Part shown: one piece after another, positions 1 to 13,688 of the stretch | Layout: the number at the start of each line of letters is the position of its first letter | Numbering within the stretch: position 1 is the first letter of the stretch | Assembly (NCBI GenBank): GCA_963699255.1 | Contig: OY969425.1 | Location: 1,590,001-1,622,000 of the forward strand | Length of the DNA: 32,000 nt | Reading direction: 5' to 3' | DNA from: an uncultured bacterium | Lineage (GTDB): Bacteria; Margulisbacteria; WOR-1; CAVSGV01 | Program-made: the position numbers and the translations under genes | The notes under the pieces: model-generated | What the model saw: the letters and a program-made list of their open reading frames with translations, nothing else | Databases searched by the model: none | What the model was told of the DNA's origin: nothing

Positions 1-2
1 TA

Positions 3-896
3 ATATTCGCCCTCGTTTTTTTAAGAACCTTCGGCATCAAATTAAGGCCGAACGAAACGCTCCCGCTTATAGGTATACTTTACGGCGGAGCCCTCATTAC
101 CTTCCTTGGTCTTATTGATGATCTGAGCGGGATCCCCGCTCTGTGGAAACTGGCTGGACAGGTGATCGCCTCCGGCATTGCCGTTTATTTCGGAGCCCAG
201 ATACTTTTTGTTTCCACGCCTTTTACAAGGGTCATGATGCTGGGCGTGTGGGCAGTACCTGTTACCATCGTATGGATGACCGCCATGACGAACGCGATAA
301 ACCTTATTGACGGTCTGGATGGGCTTGCTTCCGGCATAACATTGATAGCGGGCGCAACGCTGTTCGCGGTGTCGATAAAAATGGGCCAGTATGATTCGGC
401 CATCCTTCTTGCCGCTTTGGCCGGCACGGCGGCCGGGTTCTTGAGATATAATTTCTTCCCCGCCTCGATATTTTTGGGAGATTCCGGAAGCCTGTTCTTC
501 GGCTTCATGCTCGCGTGCGCTTCCATCGTCGGTGTGCTGAAAAGCACCCTTGTCATCGCCCTTGTGATCCCGATAGTGGTGCTCGGCATTCCCATATACG
601 ACACGGCTACGGCGGTAATAAGAAGGGCGATAACTGGACGCCCTATCTTTGAAGCTGACAAAAAACATCTTCATCACAGGCTCATGAAAGCGGGATTTAA
701 CCAGAGACAGGTCGTGATCATGATCTATATAGCGTGCCTGATATTGAGCGTGGCCGCGCTCGCGGCCGCGGTCTTTGATAATTATCCCACGCTCATATTC
801 CTGACGATATTCGTTGTGCTGGGGATCCTGGCCCTTGATTTTGCGAAAGAGATCCTCAGGAACATGGCGTTCTTTAACGGAGGCAGCAAAAAGTGA
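3..896 (+). CDS. MraY/WecA/TagO-family undecaprenyl-phosphate sugar-1-phosphate transferase, 5' end cut off by window start
   Basis: Frame 3 is open to the window edge. Translation includes GLIDDLSGIPALWKLAGQ, DGLDGLASG and AGFLRYNFFPASIFLGDSGSLFFG, typical of the family. Confidence 0.93.
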   Translation: MFALVFLRTFGIKLRPNETLPLIGILYGGALITFLGLIDDLSGIPALWKLAGQVIASGIAVYFGAQILFVSTPFTRVMMLGVWAVPVTIVWMTAMTNAINLIDGLDGLASGITLIAGATLFAVSIKMGQYDSAILLAALAGTAAGFLRYNFFPASIFLGDSGSLFFGFMLACASIVGVLKSTLVIALVIPIVVLGIPIYDTATAVIRRAITGRPIFEADKKHLHHRLMKAGFNQRQVVIMIYIACLILSVAALAAAVFDNYPTLIFLTIFVVLGILALDFAKEILRNMAFFNGGSKK

Positions 897-2077
897 TGCA
901 CAAGAAAAGGATATTATTCGTGTTCGGCACGCGGCCTGAAGCGATAAAAATGGCCCCCGTGATCTCCGAAGCAAAAAAACATCCGGACCTTTTTAATCCA
1001 GTTGTTGTCGTGACGGGGCAGCACAGGGAAATGCTTGACCAGGTATTAAAAGTATTCCATGTAAAGCCTGATTATGACCTGATGATAATGGAACACGAGC
1101 AGACGATATCTTCGGTCGTTTGCAAGTGCCTCCAGGGGCTTGAAGATGTCGTGATAAGGGAGCGCCCTGACATCATCCTTGTCCAGGGGGACACGTCCAC
1201 CACGTTCGCGTCGTCGCTTGCGGCTTTTTACCAGCACGTGCCGCTGGGACATGTTGAAGCTGGGTTAAGGACGGGAAAGAAGTATTACCCCTTTCCGGAA
1301 GAAATGAACAGGCGGCTTACGAGCGTCGTCGCCGATATACACTTTGCCCCCACACAGACGGCGGTGGGGAATTTGCTGTCGGAGGGTATCAACAAATCGG
1401 CGATCTATCTGACCGGCAACACGGTCATTGACGCGCTCCAGCAGGTCGCGAAGAAAGAATTCAACCTGAAACACGCCGGTGTAAGCGTCAGGGAAAAAGG
1501 CAAGAAACTCATCCTGGTCACGGTGCACAGGCGCGAGAGTTTCGGAGCTCCTCTTAGGAACATCTGCGAAGCGATCCGGAAGATAGCGATAAAGCACAGG
1601 GAGATAGCCACGGTGATACTGCCGGTGCACAAAAACCCGATGGTTTCGGGCACCGTACATGACATATTGGGTAACGCCGCCAATGTGCAGCTGATAGATC
1701 CGCTTGATTACGAGCCTTTCGTTCATCTGATGAAGATATCACACCTTATTTTGACCGATTCGGGCGGGATACAGGAAGAAGCCCCCTCCCTTGGGAAGCC
1801 CGTTCTTGTGCTGCGCGAGGAGACGGAACGTCCCGAAGCCGTCATGGCCAATACGGTTAAAGTGGTAGGGACGAACACGGATAACATAGTGAGCGAAGTC
1901 GAGAAGCTGTTGTCCGGCGGCGATGAATATCAGAAAATGTCAAAAGCTGTGAACCCTTACGGGGACGGCAATGCTTCCAAGCGAATTATTTCCGCGCTGC
2001 TGCATTATTTCGGGTTCACCGATATGCGCCCGGAGGAATTTGACGCGTCCAAGATCGTCGCGGCAAAGATAAAATGA
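893..2077 (+). CDS. wecB: UDP-N-acetylglucosamine 2-epimerase (non-hydrolysing)
   Basis: FVFGTRPEAIKMAPV, VQGDTSTTFA, HVEAGLRT and LTDSGGIQEEAPSLGKPVLVLREETERPE motifs; overlaps the upstream gene by 4 nt. Confidence 0.96.
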   Translation: MMHKKRILFVFGTRPEAIKMAPVISEAKKHPDLFNPVVVVTGQHREMLDQVLKVFHVKPDYDLMIMEHEQTISSVVCKCLQGLEDVVIRERPDIILVQGDTSTTFASSLAAFYQHVPLGHVEAGLRTGKKYYPFPEEMNRRLTSVVADIHFAPTQTAVGNLLSEGINKSAIYLTGNTVIDALQQVAKKEFNLKHAGVSVREKGKKLILVTVHRRESFGAPLRNICEAIRKIAIKHREIATVILPVHKNPMVSGTVHDILGNAANVQLIDPLDYEPFVHLMKISHLILTDSGGIQEEAPSLGKPVLVLREETERPEAVMANTVKVVGTNTDNIVSEVEKLLSGGDEYQKMSKAVNPYGDGNASKRIISALLHYFGFTDMRPEEFDASKIVAAKIK

Positions 2078-2262
2078 TAGATTATTTGAAATATTTTAAT
2101 CTCGGGATGATGGCCGTCGCCCCCGCTGTGATCGGGCTTTTGATGGGCGTGCTGCTCGATAAGGCATTTAAGGTCTTTCCGTTGTTCACCGTTATATTTC
2201 TTTTGCTCGGTATTTTATCCGGGCTTTGGAGCCTTTATAAATCCGTTAAAACTTTAATGTAG
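2074..2262 (+). CDS. Small two-TM AtpZ/AtpI-like ATP synthase-associated protein
   Basis: 62 aa, two hydrophobic helices, located immediately upstream of atpB; overlaps the wecB stop. Confidence 0.7.
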   Translation: MIDYLKYFNLGMMAVAPAVIGLLMGVLLDKAFKVFPLFTVIFLLLGILSGLWSLYKSVKTLM

Positions 2263-2273
2263 GGAGGATCTCT

Positions 2274-2948
2274 TTGGAACCGGTCCATATAGGCGTTCAT
2301 CCGTTGTGGCACCTTTACGGCTGGACTTTCCATTCCGACACGCTCATATCGGCCTGGATAGTATCGGCCGTACTGATAGCGTTCGCCATATTTATAAGGG
2401 CGGTAATAAAGATCAGGCCGGGACTTCTCCAGAGCACGGTCGAGCTGGGGGCCGAAAACCTGAACGGCATGTTGGTAGAGCGGATCGGAGAAAAAGGGAG
2501 GAAGTATTTCCCTTATGTGGCGACGCTTTTTCTTTTCATATTGACCTCGAACTGGCTCGGGATACTGCCTCTTGATCTAAAGCCCCCTACCGCGGACCTG
2601 AACACGACGGCCGGCCTTGCTATCCTTACGATAATCCTTGTCCAGGTCTTCGGAATGATAGAAAAGGGGCCTATAATGTACTTCAAGAGGTTCTTTGAGC
2701 CAAACCCGGTCTTCTTTCCGCTGAACGTGATCGAGGAGCTCGCGAAACCGCTCTCCCTGGCGGTCAGGCTCTTTGGAAATATTTTTGGAAAGGAAACGAT
2801 TATTGTGATATTATCAGGACTGGTCGCCCTTCCTTTGTTCTACCCGATACCGATACTGGCTTTGAGCCTGCTTATTGGGGCGATACAGGCCTATATTTTC
2901 ATGCTTCTGACGATATTTTACATATCAATGGCATTGGAAGGCCATTAA
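2274..2948 (+). CDS. atpB: F-type ATP synthase subunit a
   Basis: LAKPLSLAVRLFGNIFGKETI and QAYIFMLLTIFYISMALEGH motifs; operon position. Confidence 0.96.
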   Translation: MEPVHIGVHPLWHLYGWTFHSDTLISAWIVSAVLIAFAIFIRAVIKIRPGLLQSTVELGAENLNGMLVERIGEKGRKYFPYVATLFLFILTSNWLGILPLDLKPPTADLNTTAGLAILTIILVQVFGMIEKGPIMYFKRFFEPNPVFFPLNVIEELAKPLSLAVRLFGNIFGKETIIVILSGLVALPLFYPIPILALSLLIGAIQAYIFMLLTIFYISMALEGH

Positions 2949-2977
2949 GTATGAAGTGAGATACTCTACTTCATACT
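2948..2977. other. Intergenic bulged hairpin between atpB and atpE
   Basis: AGTATGAAGT-GAG-ATA-CTC-t-ACTTCATACT: 13 pairs with one bulged T. Confidence 0.75.
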
Positions 2978-2996
2978 AAAGAAAGGGGGAAATTAA

Positions 2997-3236
2997 ATGA
3001 ACATACAGATGATCTCTGTTCTCGGCGCGGCTTTCGGGCTTGCCATCGTGGCTTTTGCTTCAGCGCTTGCCCAGGGATTCGCGACCGGAAAGGCTGTGGA
3101 AGGGATATCCCGCCAGCCGGAAGCAAGGGGCCCGATCATGTCGGCGCTTATTATCGGGATGTCCTTTATCGAATCGCTGACCCTGTACGCGCTGCTTGTC
3201 GCGATCATATTAATATTTGTGAACCCGTTTAAGTAG
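2997..3236 (+). CDS. atpE: F-type ATP synthase subunit c
   Basis: 79 aa; GKAVEGISRQPEARG polar loop and GMSFIESLTLYALL ion-binding helix. Confidence 0.97.
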   Translation: MNIQMISVLGAAFGLAIVAFASALAQGFATGKAVEGISRQPEARGPIMSALIIGMSFIESLTLYALLVAIILIFVNPFK

Positions 3237-3245
3237 GAGGAGCTA

Positions 3246-3275
3246 AGGAACCTGCGACTAAAAGTCGCGGTTCCT
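3246..3275. other. Intergenic bulged hairpin 1 between atpE and atpF
   Basis: AGGAACC-t-GCGACT-AAA-AGTCGC-GGTTCCT. Confidence 0.85.
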
Positions 3276-3286
3276 GTTTGATTGCT

Positions 3287-3314
3287 GGAACCGAGGCTTT
3301 CAGCCTCAGGTTCC
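3287..3314. repeat. Intergenic bulged hairpin 2 between atpE and atpF; related copy at 21863-21890
   Basis: GGAACC-GAGGCT-TTC-AGCCTC-a-GGTTCC; 23 of 28 positions match 21863-21890. Confidence 0.8.
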
Positions 3315-3323
3315 TATAAAATT

Positions 3324-3803
3324 ATGTTAAACATTAACGGAACTCTTGTAGCTATAGTCATTAACTTCATCATACTGGTCTATGTACTTAAGTATTTTCT
3401 GTACGAACCTGTCATGAAAATGCTCGAGGAGAGAAAGGCTTATGTGGATAAGACCCTGTCGGAAGCGGACGCTAAAATGAACGCGGCCAAAGCTTTTATC
3501 GAGGATGGCAGGGCAGCTGTGGACAAGGCGAATGTCACGGCAAAGGAGATCATCGAGCAGGCCTCCCAGGCGACCGAAAAGATGAAGAAGGAATCCATGG
3601 TCCAGGCGAAAAATGACATCGAGGAACACAAAGAAAGGGCCAAGAACGAGATAAGGCAGCTTAAGCTGGAGGCGAAGAAATCCATCGTGAACGAAGCGGC
3701 CCGGCTTTCCGTGATCATCGCCGAAAAGATCATCCGCAAGAAGATCGACAGGAGAACGCAGAAGGCCATGACGGATAATGTGATCGAAAGGATGAAGATA
3801 TAA
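3324..3803 (+). CDS. atpF: F-type ATP synthase subunit b
   Basis: N-terminal TM helix followed by a long charged helix; operon position. ATG at 3324 preferred over the upstream TTG at 3282, which lies within the hairpin region. Confidence 0.9.
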   Translation: MLNINGTLVAIVINFIILVYVLKYFLYEPVMKMLEERKAYVDKTLSEADAKMNAAKAFIEDGRAAVDKANVTAKEIIEQASQATEKMKKESMVQAKNDIEEHKERAKNEIRQLKLEAKKSIVNEAARLSVIIAEKIIRKKIDRRTQKAMTDNVIERMKI

Positions 3804-3804
3804 A

Positions 3805-4314
3805 GTGATAGCCAGGCGTTATGCGAGAGCTTTGCTGGAGCTGTCCCTTAAGGAGGGCTCAAGCCCGTCTCTCAGGAAAGAAATGATTTCCATTGGCAAT
3901 CTGATGAAACAGAAAAAGTATTTCAATTTTTTCACCGACAGGATGGTCCATGCCGGCGAAAAACTTGAAGTCTTCAGGTCATTCAGCCCTTTGACCAGGG
4001 ATTTCCTCAGGCTGGTAATTGCAAATAAACGCGAGGAATACCTTCGCATCATTTCCGGGGAATATGTGGAGCTTTTGAACAGCAGGAACAATGTTATCGA
4101 CGGCATCGTTTCTTCAAAGGTGCCGCTCAGCGCGGAGCAGAAAAGCAAGCTCATGAACAAACTTGAAAAAAAGCTGGCCAAAAAGGTCAATCTTAGTTTC
4201 AGGACCGACAGCAAGATCATCGGCGGCTTACGCATAAGATACGGCACGAAGGTGATCGACGGGACCGTTTCACGAATGCTTAACGGTATGCTGGAGAGGC
4301 TTACGGGGAGATAG
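3805..4314 (+). CDS. atpH: F-type ATP synthase subunit delta
   Basis: [13 protein letters not shown]-terminus and [25 protein letters not shown]-terminus. Confidence 0.93.
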   Translation: MIARRYARALLELSLKEGSSPSLRKEMISIGNLMKQKKYFNFFTDRMVHAGEKLEVFRSFSPLTRDFLRLVIANKREEYLRIISGEYVELLNSRNNVIDGIVSSKVPLSAEQKSKLMNKLEKKLAKKVNLSFRTDSKIIGGLRIRYGTKVIDGTVSRMLNGMLERLTGR

Positions 4315-4315
4315 A

Positions 4316-5820
4316 ATGGCAAGAGAAGAGATAAGCAAATTACTGCAAAGGAAAATTGAATCCTATAGAAGCGTCCCGCACGAAGAGGAGTTCGGAGAAG
4401 TCGTTTCTTCCGGGGACGGGATCGCGATAATAACCGGGCTTTCCGGCGCTAAAGTATCGGAGATCCTGGAGTTCGAGGGGGGCACAAAAGGCATTGTACT
4501 TAACCTGATGGAGGATCATATCGGCTGCGTCATCATGGGTGACATTGATAAAGTAACGGAAGGGCTGGAAGTTAAATGCACCGGCAATATCGCCGAAGTC
4601 CCCGTGGGCGAAGGCTTTCTGGGAAGGGTGGTCAACCCGCTCGGCGAGCCCCTTGACGGCAAGGGCGCGGTATCTTCAGATGAAAAAAGGAGCATAGAAT
4701 TCCTTGCGCCTTCCGTTATTGACAGACAGCCCGTAAGGGAGCCGCTCCAGACGGGTATAAAGGCGATAGACTCAATGATACCCATCGGAAGAGGCCAGAG
4801 GGAGCTTATCATAGGGGACAGGCAGACGGGGAAGACGGCGATAATCATAGATACGATAATCAACCAGAAGAAAGAGAACGTTAAGTGCGTCTACGTTGCC
4901 ATCGGGCAGAAAATGTCAACGATAGCTTCCGTATACGAGGTCCTGGAGGACGCGGGCGCGATGGAATACACGACGATCATTGCCGCTCCCGCCGATACAT
5001 CCGCGTCCCTGCAGTATCTTGCGCCGTATTCCGGCTGCGCGATGGGCGAACATTATATGTATAAAGGCGAGGACGCACTTGTAATATACGATGACCTTTC
5101 AAAGCACGCCGTGGCTTACAGGCAGCTTTCCCTTCTGCTCAAGCGCCCGCCCGGCAGAGAAGCGTATCCGGGCGATATTTTTTATCTTCATTCCAGGCTG
5201 CTTGAGAGAGCCGCGAAACTGTCCGATGCCATGGGCGGGGGCTCGCTTACGGCTTTGCCGATCGTGGAAACCCTCGCGGGGGATATTTCCGCTTATATTC
5301 CGACGAACATAATATCCATAACGGACGGGCAGATATACCTTGAAAGCGAACTTTTCTACGCGGGCATCCGCCCCGCGATAAACGTCGGGCTTTCGGTATC
5401 AAGGGTGGGAGGCGCCGCCCAGATACAAGCGATGAAACAGGTGGCTTCACGTCTCAAGCTTGACCTTGCGCAATACAGGGAGCTTGCGGCCTTCGCGCAG
5501 TTCTCATCCGAGCTTGACCAGGCGACAAGGAACCAGCTAATAATGGGGCAGCGGCTTACGGAGATCCTGAAACAGGGCCAGTTCGCGCCGATGGACGTGG
5601 CCGAACAGGTCGCCGTGATATTCATCGGCGTGAGAGGATACCTTGATGACCTGAAGGAGGACGACGTGAGTAAATTCGAATCAGGGTTCAAGGCGTATCT
5701 TAACGCCAATTGTTACAAGACACTTGCCGATATCAGGAACAAAAAAATGATAAGCGAGGGATCCGAGGCGGAACTGACGGATGCCGTGGGGAAATATAAG
5801 AATATTTTCAGGAGCAAATA

Positions 5821-5821
<1 letters not shown>
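4316..5821 (+). CDS. atpA: F-type ATP synthase subunit alpha
   Basis: [18 protein letters not shown] and [29 protein letters not shown] motifs; full length, 501 aa. Confidence 0.99.
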
Positions 5822-8479
<2,658 letters not shown>

Positions 8480-9757
8480 ATGAGAAAAGCTCTGGTGACT
8501 GGCGGAAAGAGGCTCAGCGGTACAGTGGCGATATCCGGTTCAAAGAACGCGGCGCTGCCGATACTCGCGGCTTCGATACTTCTTCACGGCGAGACTACGA
8601 TCACAAATGTTCCCAATCTCCTTGACGTCATCTCCATGATAAGGATCCTTCGCGCGCTCGGTCTCAGGGCGGAATACTTCGAGCCCGATACCGTGAAAAT
8701 TTTCACGAACGGCTCCGTCAAACACGTTGCGCCGTATGAACTCGTGACAAAGATGAGGGCGTCATTTTTCATCATCGGGCCCATTCTCGCGAGAATGGGA
8801 CTGGCGAAAGTCCCGCTTCCCGGAGGCTGCAACATAGGATCGCGCCCCGTCAATCTGCACATAAAAGGACTTGAGGCGCTCGGAGCGCATGTCGGAATGG
8901 AACACGGCTTCGTGATAGTGAAAGCGAACAAGCTTAAAGGGGCGAAGATATATCTTGATTTCCCGTCGGTCGGGGCGACCGAAACGATAATGATGGCGGC
9001 CACTTATTCCGAAGGGGAGACCATTATTGAGAACGCGGCCCAGGAGCCGGAGATCGCCGACCTCGCGGCTTTCCTGAACAAATGCGGCGCCCGTATCGAA
9101 GGCGCCGGCAAAGAGACAATAAAGATATCAGGGGTTGGGAGGTTAAAAGGCGCCGACTATAAAGTAATGCCCGACAGGATAGAGGCCTGCACCCTGATGG
9201 TGGCCGGAGCCATCACTAAAGGCGATATTACTTTGAGCGGCGTAGTCGAGCAGCATATCGAGCCGGTCATAAGAAAGCTTCAGGATGCCGGAGTGGAAGT
9301 GACGGTGTCCGGGGATCAGGTCAGGATAAGAGTAAAGGACGGCATAAGGTCCACCGATGTAAAGACTATGCCTTATCCCGGGTTCCCCACCGATGTGCAG
9401 CCTCAGTTCACTTCTCTCATGAGCCTGGCAAGCGGCACGTCCGTCATGACGGAAACGGTATTTGAGAACAGGTTCATGCACGTGCACGAGCTTAAGAGGA
9501 TGGGAGCGGACATCCGGATCGAGGGACAGAGCGCGATAATAAAGGGAGTGAAAAAGCTTTCGGGATGCCCGGTCAGGGCGTCGGACCTGAGGGCGGGCGC
9601 GGCGCTTGTGCTTGCCGGACTCGCGGCCGAAGGCGAAACCCTGGTTGATGACGTTGAGAGATTCATTGAAAGAGGTTATGAGGACCTTATCGGTAAGCTG
9701 AATTCACTCGGCGGCGGTTTGCAGGAGATAAATGGAAGCAATCATCAACAATCTTAG
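8480..9757 (+). CDS. murA: UDP-N-acetylglucosamine 1-carboxyvinyltransferase
   Basis: VTGGKRLSGTVAISGSKNAALP, PGGCNIGSRPVNLHIKGLEALGA and YPGFPTDVQPQF motifs. Confidence 0.97.
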   Translation: MRKALVTGGKRLSGTVAISGSKNAALPILAASILLHGETTITNVPNLLDVISMIRILRALGLRAEYFEPDTVKIFTNGSVKHVAPYELVTKMRASFFIIGPILARMGLAKVPLPGGCNIGSRPVNLHIKGLEALGAHVGMEHGFVIVKANKLKGAKIYLDFPSVGATETIMMAATYSEGETIIENAAQEPEIADLAAFLNKCGARIEGAGKETIKISGVGRLKGADYKVMPDRIEACTLMVAGAITKGDITLSGVVEQHIEPVIRKLQDAGVEVTVSGDQVRIRVKDGIRSTDVKTMPYPGFPTDVQPQFTSLMSLASGTSVMTETVFENRFMHVHELKRMGADIRIEGQSAIIKGVKKLSGCPVRASDLRAGAALVLAGLAAEGETLVDDVERFIERGYEDLIGKLNSLGGGLQEINGSNHQQS

Positions 9758-10157
9758 CGGAGCAAAGGTCGATCTTTCTTTGATCAAAATGCTGGCAAAG
9801 CGCGTAAGCCTGCCCGCCTGTCTGCCGACAGGCAAGACCGGCAGGCAGGCAAAAAGAAAGTGGAAGGTAAGCATCAGTCTTGTTTCCAGGAGCGCGATGA
9901 AAGATCTGAACAGAACATACAGGAAAAAGAACAAGCCGACGGACGTGCTTTCGTTCAACATGAACGAAGGGGAACTTCTGGGTGATGTGGTTATCTGCCC
10001 TTCTGTCGCAAGGCAGAATGCAAAAAAATACGGGGTATCCCCCCGGTCGGAGGTGGCCCGGCTGGTCACGCACGGACTTCTTCATCTGCTGGGGTACGAT
10101 CACGGCAAGAAAATGTTCGATCTGCAGGAAAGGATCATAGGAGGTTTATATGCCTAG
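9732..10157 (+). CDS. ybeY: Endoribonuclease YbeY, with an in-frame palindrome-encoded insertion
   Basis: MKDLNRTYRKKNKPTDVLSFNM and THGLLHLLGYDHGKK; extra peptide SLPACLPTGKTGRQAKRK between helix 1 and the first core strand. Confidence 0.93.
   Translation: MEAIINNLSGAKVDLSLIKMLAKRVSLPACLPTGKTGRQAKRKWKVSISLVSRSAMKDLNRTYRKKNKPTDVLSFNMNEGELLGDVVICPSVARQNAKKYGVSPRSEVARLVTHGLLHLLGYDHGKKMFDLQERIIGGLYA
9808..9850. repeat. GC-rich palindromic element inside the ybeY coding frame
   Basis: GCCTGCC-c-GCCTGTC-TGCC-GACAGGC-AAGACC-GGCAGGC-AGGC: nested inverted repeats. Confidence 0.85.
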
Positions 10158-10506
10158 ACGTTTTATTCAGAGCCTGGGTTATGCAAGGAGAGGCGTTCGT
10201 CATGCCGTGGTAACGCAGCGGAATATCAGGATCCATCTTGTCATGGCCGCGCTGGTTTTCGCTTTCGGCGTTTGCTTAAAGCTCAGCGATTTTGAACTTG
10301 TGGCTCTGGTACTTGCCATCAGTTTTGTCCTCATGGCGGAGATGGTCAATACCTCGATCGAGGAAGTCGTGAACCTTCTGACACCCAGGAAAAAGCTTCC
10401 GGCCAAAATAGCGAAGGATGTCGCCGCGGGGGCGGTGCTTTTTTCGTCGATCTGTGCTATAATCGTCGGCTGTTTGATTTTCATCCCTCATCTAATTAGG
10501 AGATAA
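10150..10506 (+). CDS. dgkA: Diacylglycerol/undecaprenol kinase family protein
   Basis: AEMVNTSIEEVVNLLTPRKKLPAKIAKDVAAGAVLFSSI signature with three TM helices. Confidence 0.92.
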   Translation: MPRRFIQSLGYARRGVRHAVVTQRNIRIHLVMAALVFAFGVCLKLSDFELVALVLAISFVLMAEMVNTSIEEVVNLLTPRKKLPAKIAKDVAAGAVLFSSICAIIVGCLIFIPHLIRR

Positions 10507-10514
10507 TCTTGTAG

Positions 10515-12161
<1,647 letters not shown>

Positions 12162-12204
12162 GCCGGGGATCCGCCTCGAATGGCCTCAACATCACAAGAA
12201 AATA

Positions 12205-12951
12205 TTAAATTGAATGCTCAAAACGGTGATGGGGCTGCTTGCAGTTAGCCTCTAATAACTTGACCAGCTTATCTATGTTTTTATTGAGTGTAATCCTTTT
12301 TATCGGGTAGATGCTGCCGCAGGACTTTATTGCATTTGAAATGTTAAAGAATTTAGCGGCAGTACTCGCGCTCAGGTAAAAAGGCTCAATGCCGGCCTTG
12401 GCAAGAACGTATGACATCAAAAGCATCCCTGTTCTTTGATGCCCGTCAGTGAACAATTTCGAGTCATTCACGATCTTTGTGTAAAGGCCCGCGGCAAGAA
12501 CAAACGGCGATAGATCGGTATCTTGGGCTTGCGCGGAGAACCATTCCCAGGTCGGGCGTATATGATTGTAGAACTTTTGCTGATAGCTTTGTTTGATCTC
12601 GTGGTAGTCCATTAATAGTCCTATCTCTTTCGATTCCTTCGCTGAACCGAACGAAATGCCGCACATGCATATGTCGTTGAGATCAAGAATGTCTTTCGGC
12701 TTAAGATATGGATTCTTGATGATAATATTTAAATATTCGTAAGCATAATTATAGTTTCTGTATTCAAGATCAGAAAGCGGCATCTTTATTGTGCCTGTGA
12801 TCCTGCGGTTGATCCTTGAGTTCGGTTTTGCTATCCCGCGCTGAACCCCGAACAAAGACTCGTCGAGTTTTGCCAAGTCTACTGACATGGCCCTCTTCCT
12901 ATGTTGATACATGATCGGTGGAAGTATTTTATCTGTATTAATTTTATTCAT
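12205..12951 (-). CDS. Fic/Doc (Fido)-like protein with degenerate active-site motif
   Basis: Motif KLFTDGHQRTGMLLMSYVLAKAG resembles HxFxDGNxRTxxL but lacks the catalytic His and the Asn. Confidence 0.7.
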   Translation of the reverse strand: MNKINTDKILPPIMYQHRKRAMSVDLAKLDESLFGVQRGIAKPNSRINRRITGTIKMPLSDLEYRNYNYAYEYLNIIIKNPYLKPKDILDLNDICMCGISFGSAKESKEIGLLMDYHEIKQSYQQKFYNHIRPTWEWFSAQAQDTDLSPFVLAAGLYTKIVNDSKLFTDGHQRTGMLLMSYVLAKAGIEPFYLSASTAAKFFNISNAIKSCGSIYPIKRITLNKNIDKLVKLLEANCKQPHHRFEHSI

Positions 12952-13063
12952 ACCGAACGATTATCGTTAGATCTATTTGAAAATTTCACTCAAACGCGGT
13001 ATTTTACATCCCGTAAATCCCGATTTAATAAAAGCGTAACATTGATATGTAAAAATAGGCGCC

Positions 13064-13621
13064 ATGAAACCCCTGGTCGTATATTTTTCGCTGCATGGCA
13101 ATACGAGGTTCATAGCCGAGAATATCGCGCTTGAAACGGGCGCGGATATCCTAGAGATCAAAACGATAATTCCCTATAAGCCCGGTTCACCTTTCATGGC
13201 CATAAAAGGATTCATTCAGGTCCTCACGCGTTTTACGCCGAGATTAAGCTCCTTTGATAGGAACCCGAATTCATATGACATTATATTTATAGGTTCGCCC
13301 GTATGGGCCGGTACTTATTCACCGGCAATAAGTTCATTTTTCCAGAAGATCGACCTCAAAGACAGGAAGGTGGCCGTATTCTGCTGCCACAGCGGGCGCG
13401 CAGGCGGAACGCTCGGCAATATGAAAGAATGCCTCGCCTGCAGCGATGTCGTGGGAGAGAAAAGTTTCTTTAAGCCTCTGACATTTGAAAAGATCAGGAA
13501 TGCCAATGTTGCCAGAAGGTGGGCCGGTGAAATGATCAATAAGACCATAATGATAAGCTCATCCAATGGGTCCCATAGTAATGATACCGGGCAAACGATC
13601 AAATCATGCATAAATTTTTAG
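13064..13621 (+). CDS. Flavodoxin-like protein
   Basis: VVYFSLHGNTRFIAENIA (FMN phosphate loop), YDIIFIGSPVWAGTYSPAISSF, VAVFCCHSGRAGGT. Confidence 0.85.
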   Translation: MKPLVVYFSLHGNTRFIAENIALETGADILEIKTIIPYKPGSPFMAIKGFIQVLTRFTPRLSSFDRNPNSYDIIFIGSPVWAGTYSPAISSFFQKIDLKDRKVAVFCCHSGRAGGTLGNMKECLACSDVVGEKSFFKPLTFEKIRNANVARRWAGEMINKTIMISSSNGSHSNDTGQTIKSCINF

Positions 13622-13688
13622 TTATAATGAGCCAGCATCGGGATCCTTCATATTTGATAATAACGCTTCTATGTTGTAGAGTATATAT

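Noticed and set aside
42-974. Long minus-strand ORF of 310 aa
   Set aside because: It is antisense to the clear WecA-like coding frame, with low-complexity basic/acidic composition and no recognisable motif.
3819-4322. Minus-strand 167 aa ORF over atpH
   Set aside because: Shadow ORF antisense to a well-supported gene; same for the other antisense ORFs across atp, murA and pyrG.
9808-9850. CRISPR or tandem repeat array
   Set aside because: It is a single nested palindrome without regularly spaced copies. No repeat-spacer array was found anywhere in the window.
10150-10506. Asp to Asn change in the DgkA motif (NTSIEEVVNL)
   Set aside because: The rest of the signature, including AKIAKDVAAGAV, is intact. 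One substitution is not enough to claim altered function.
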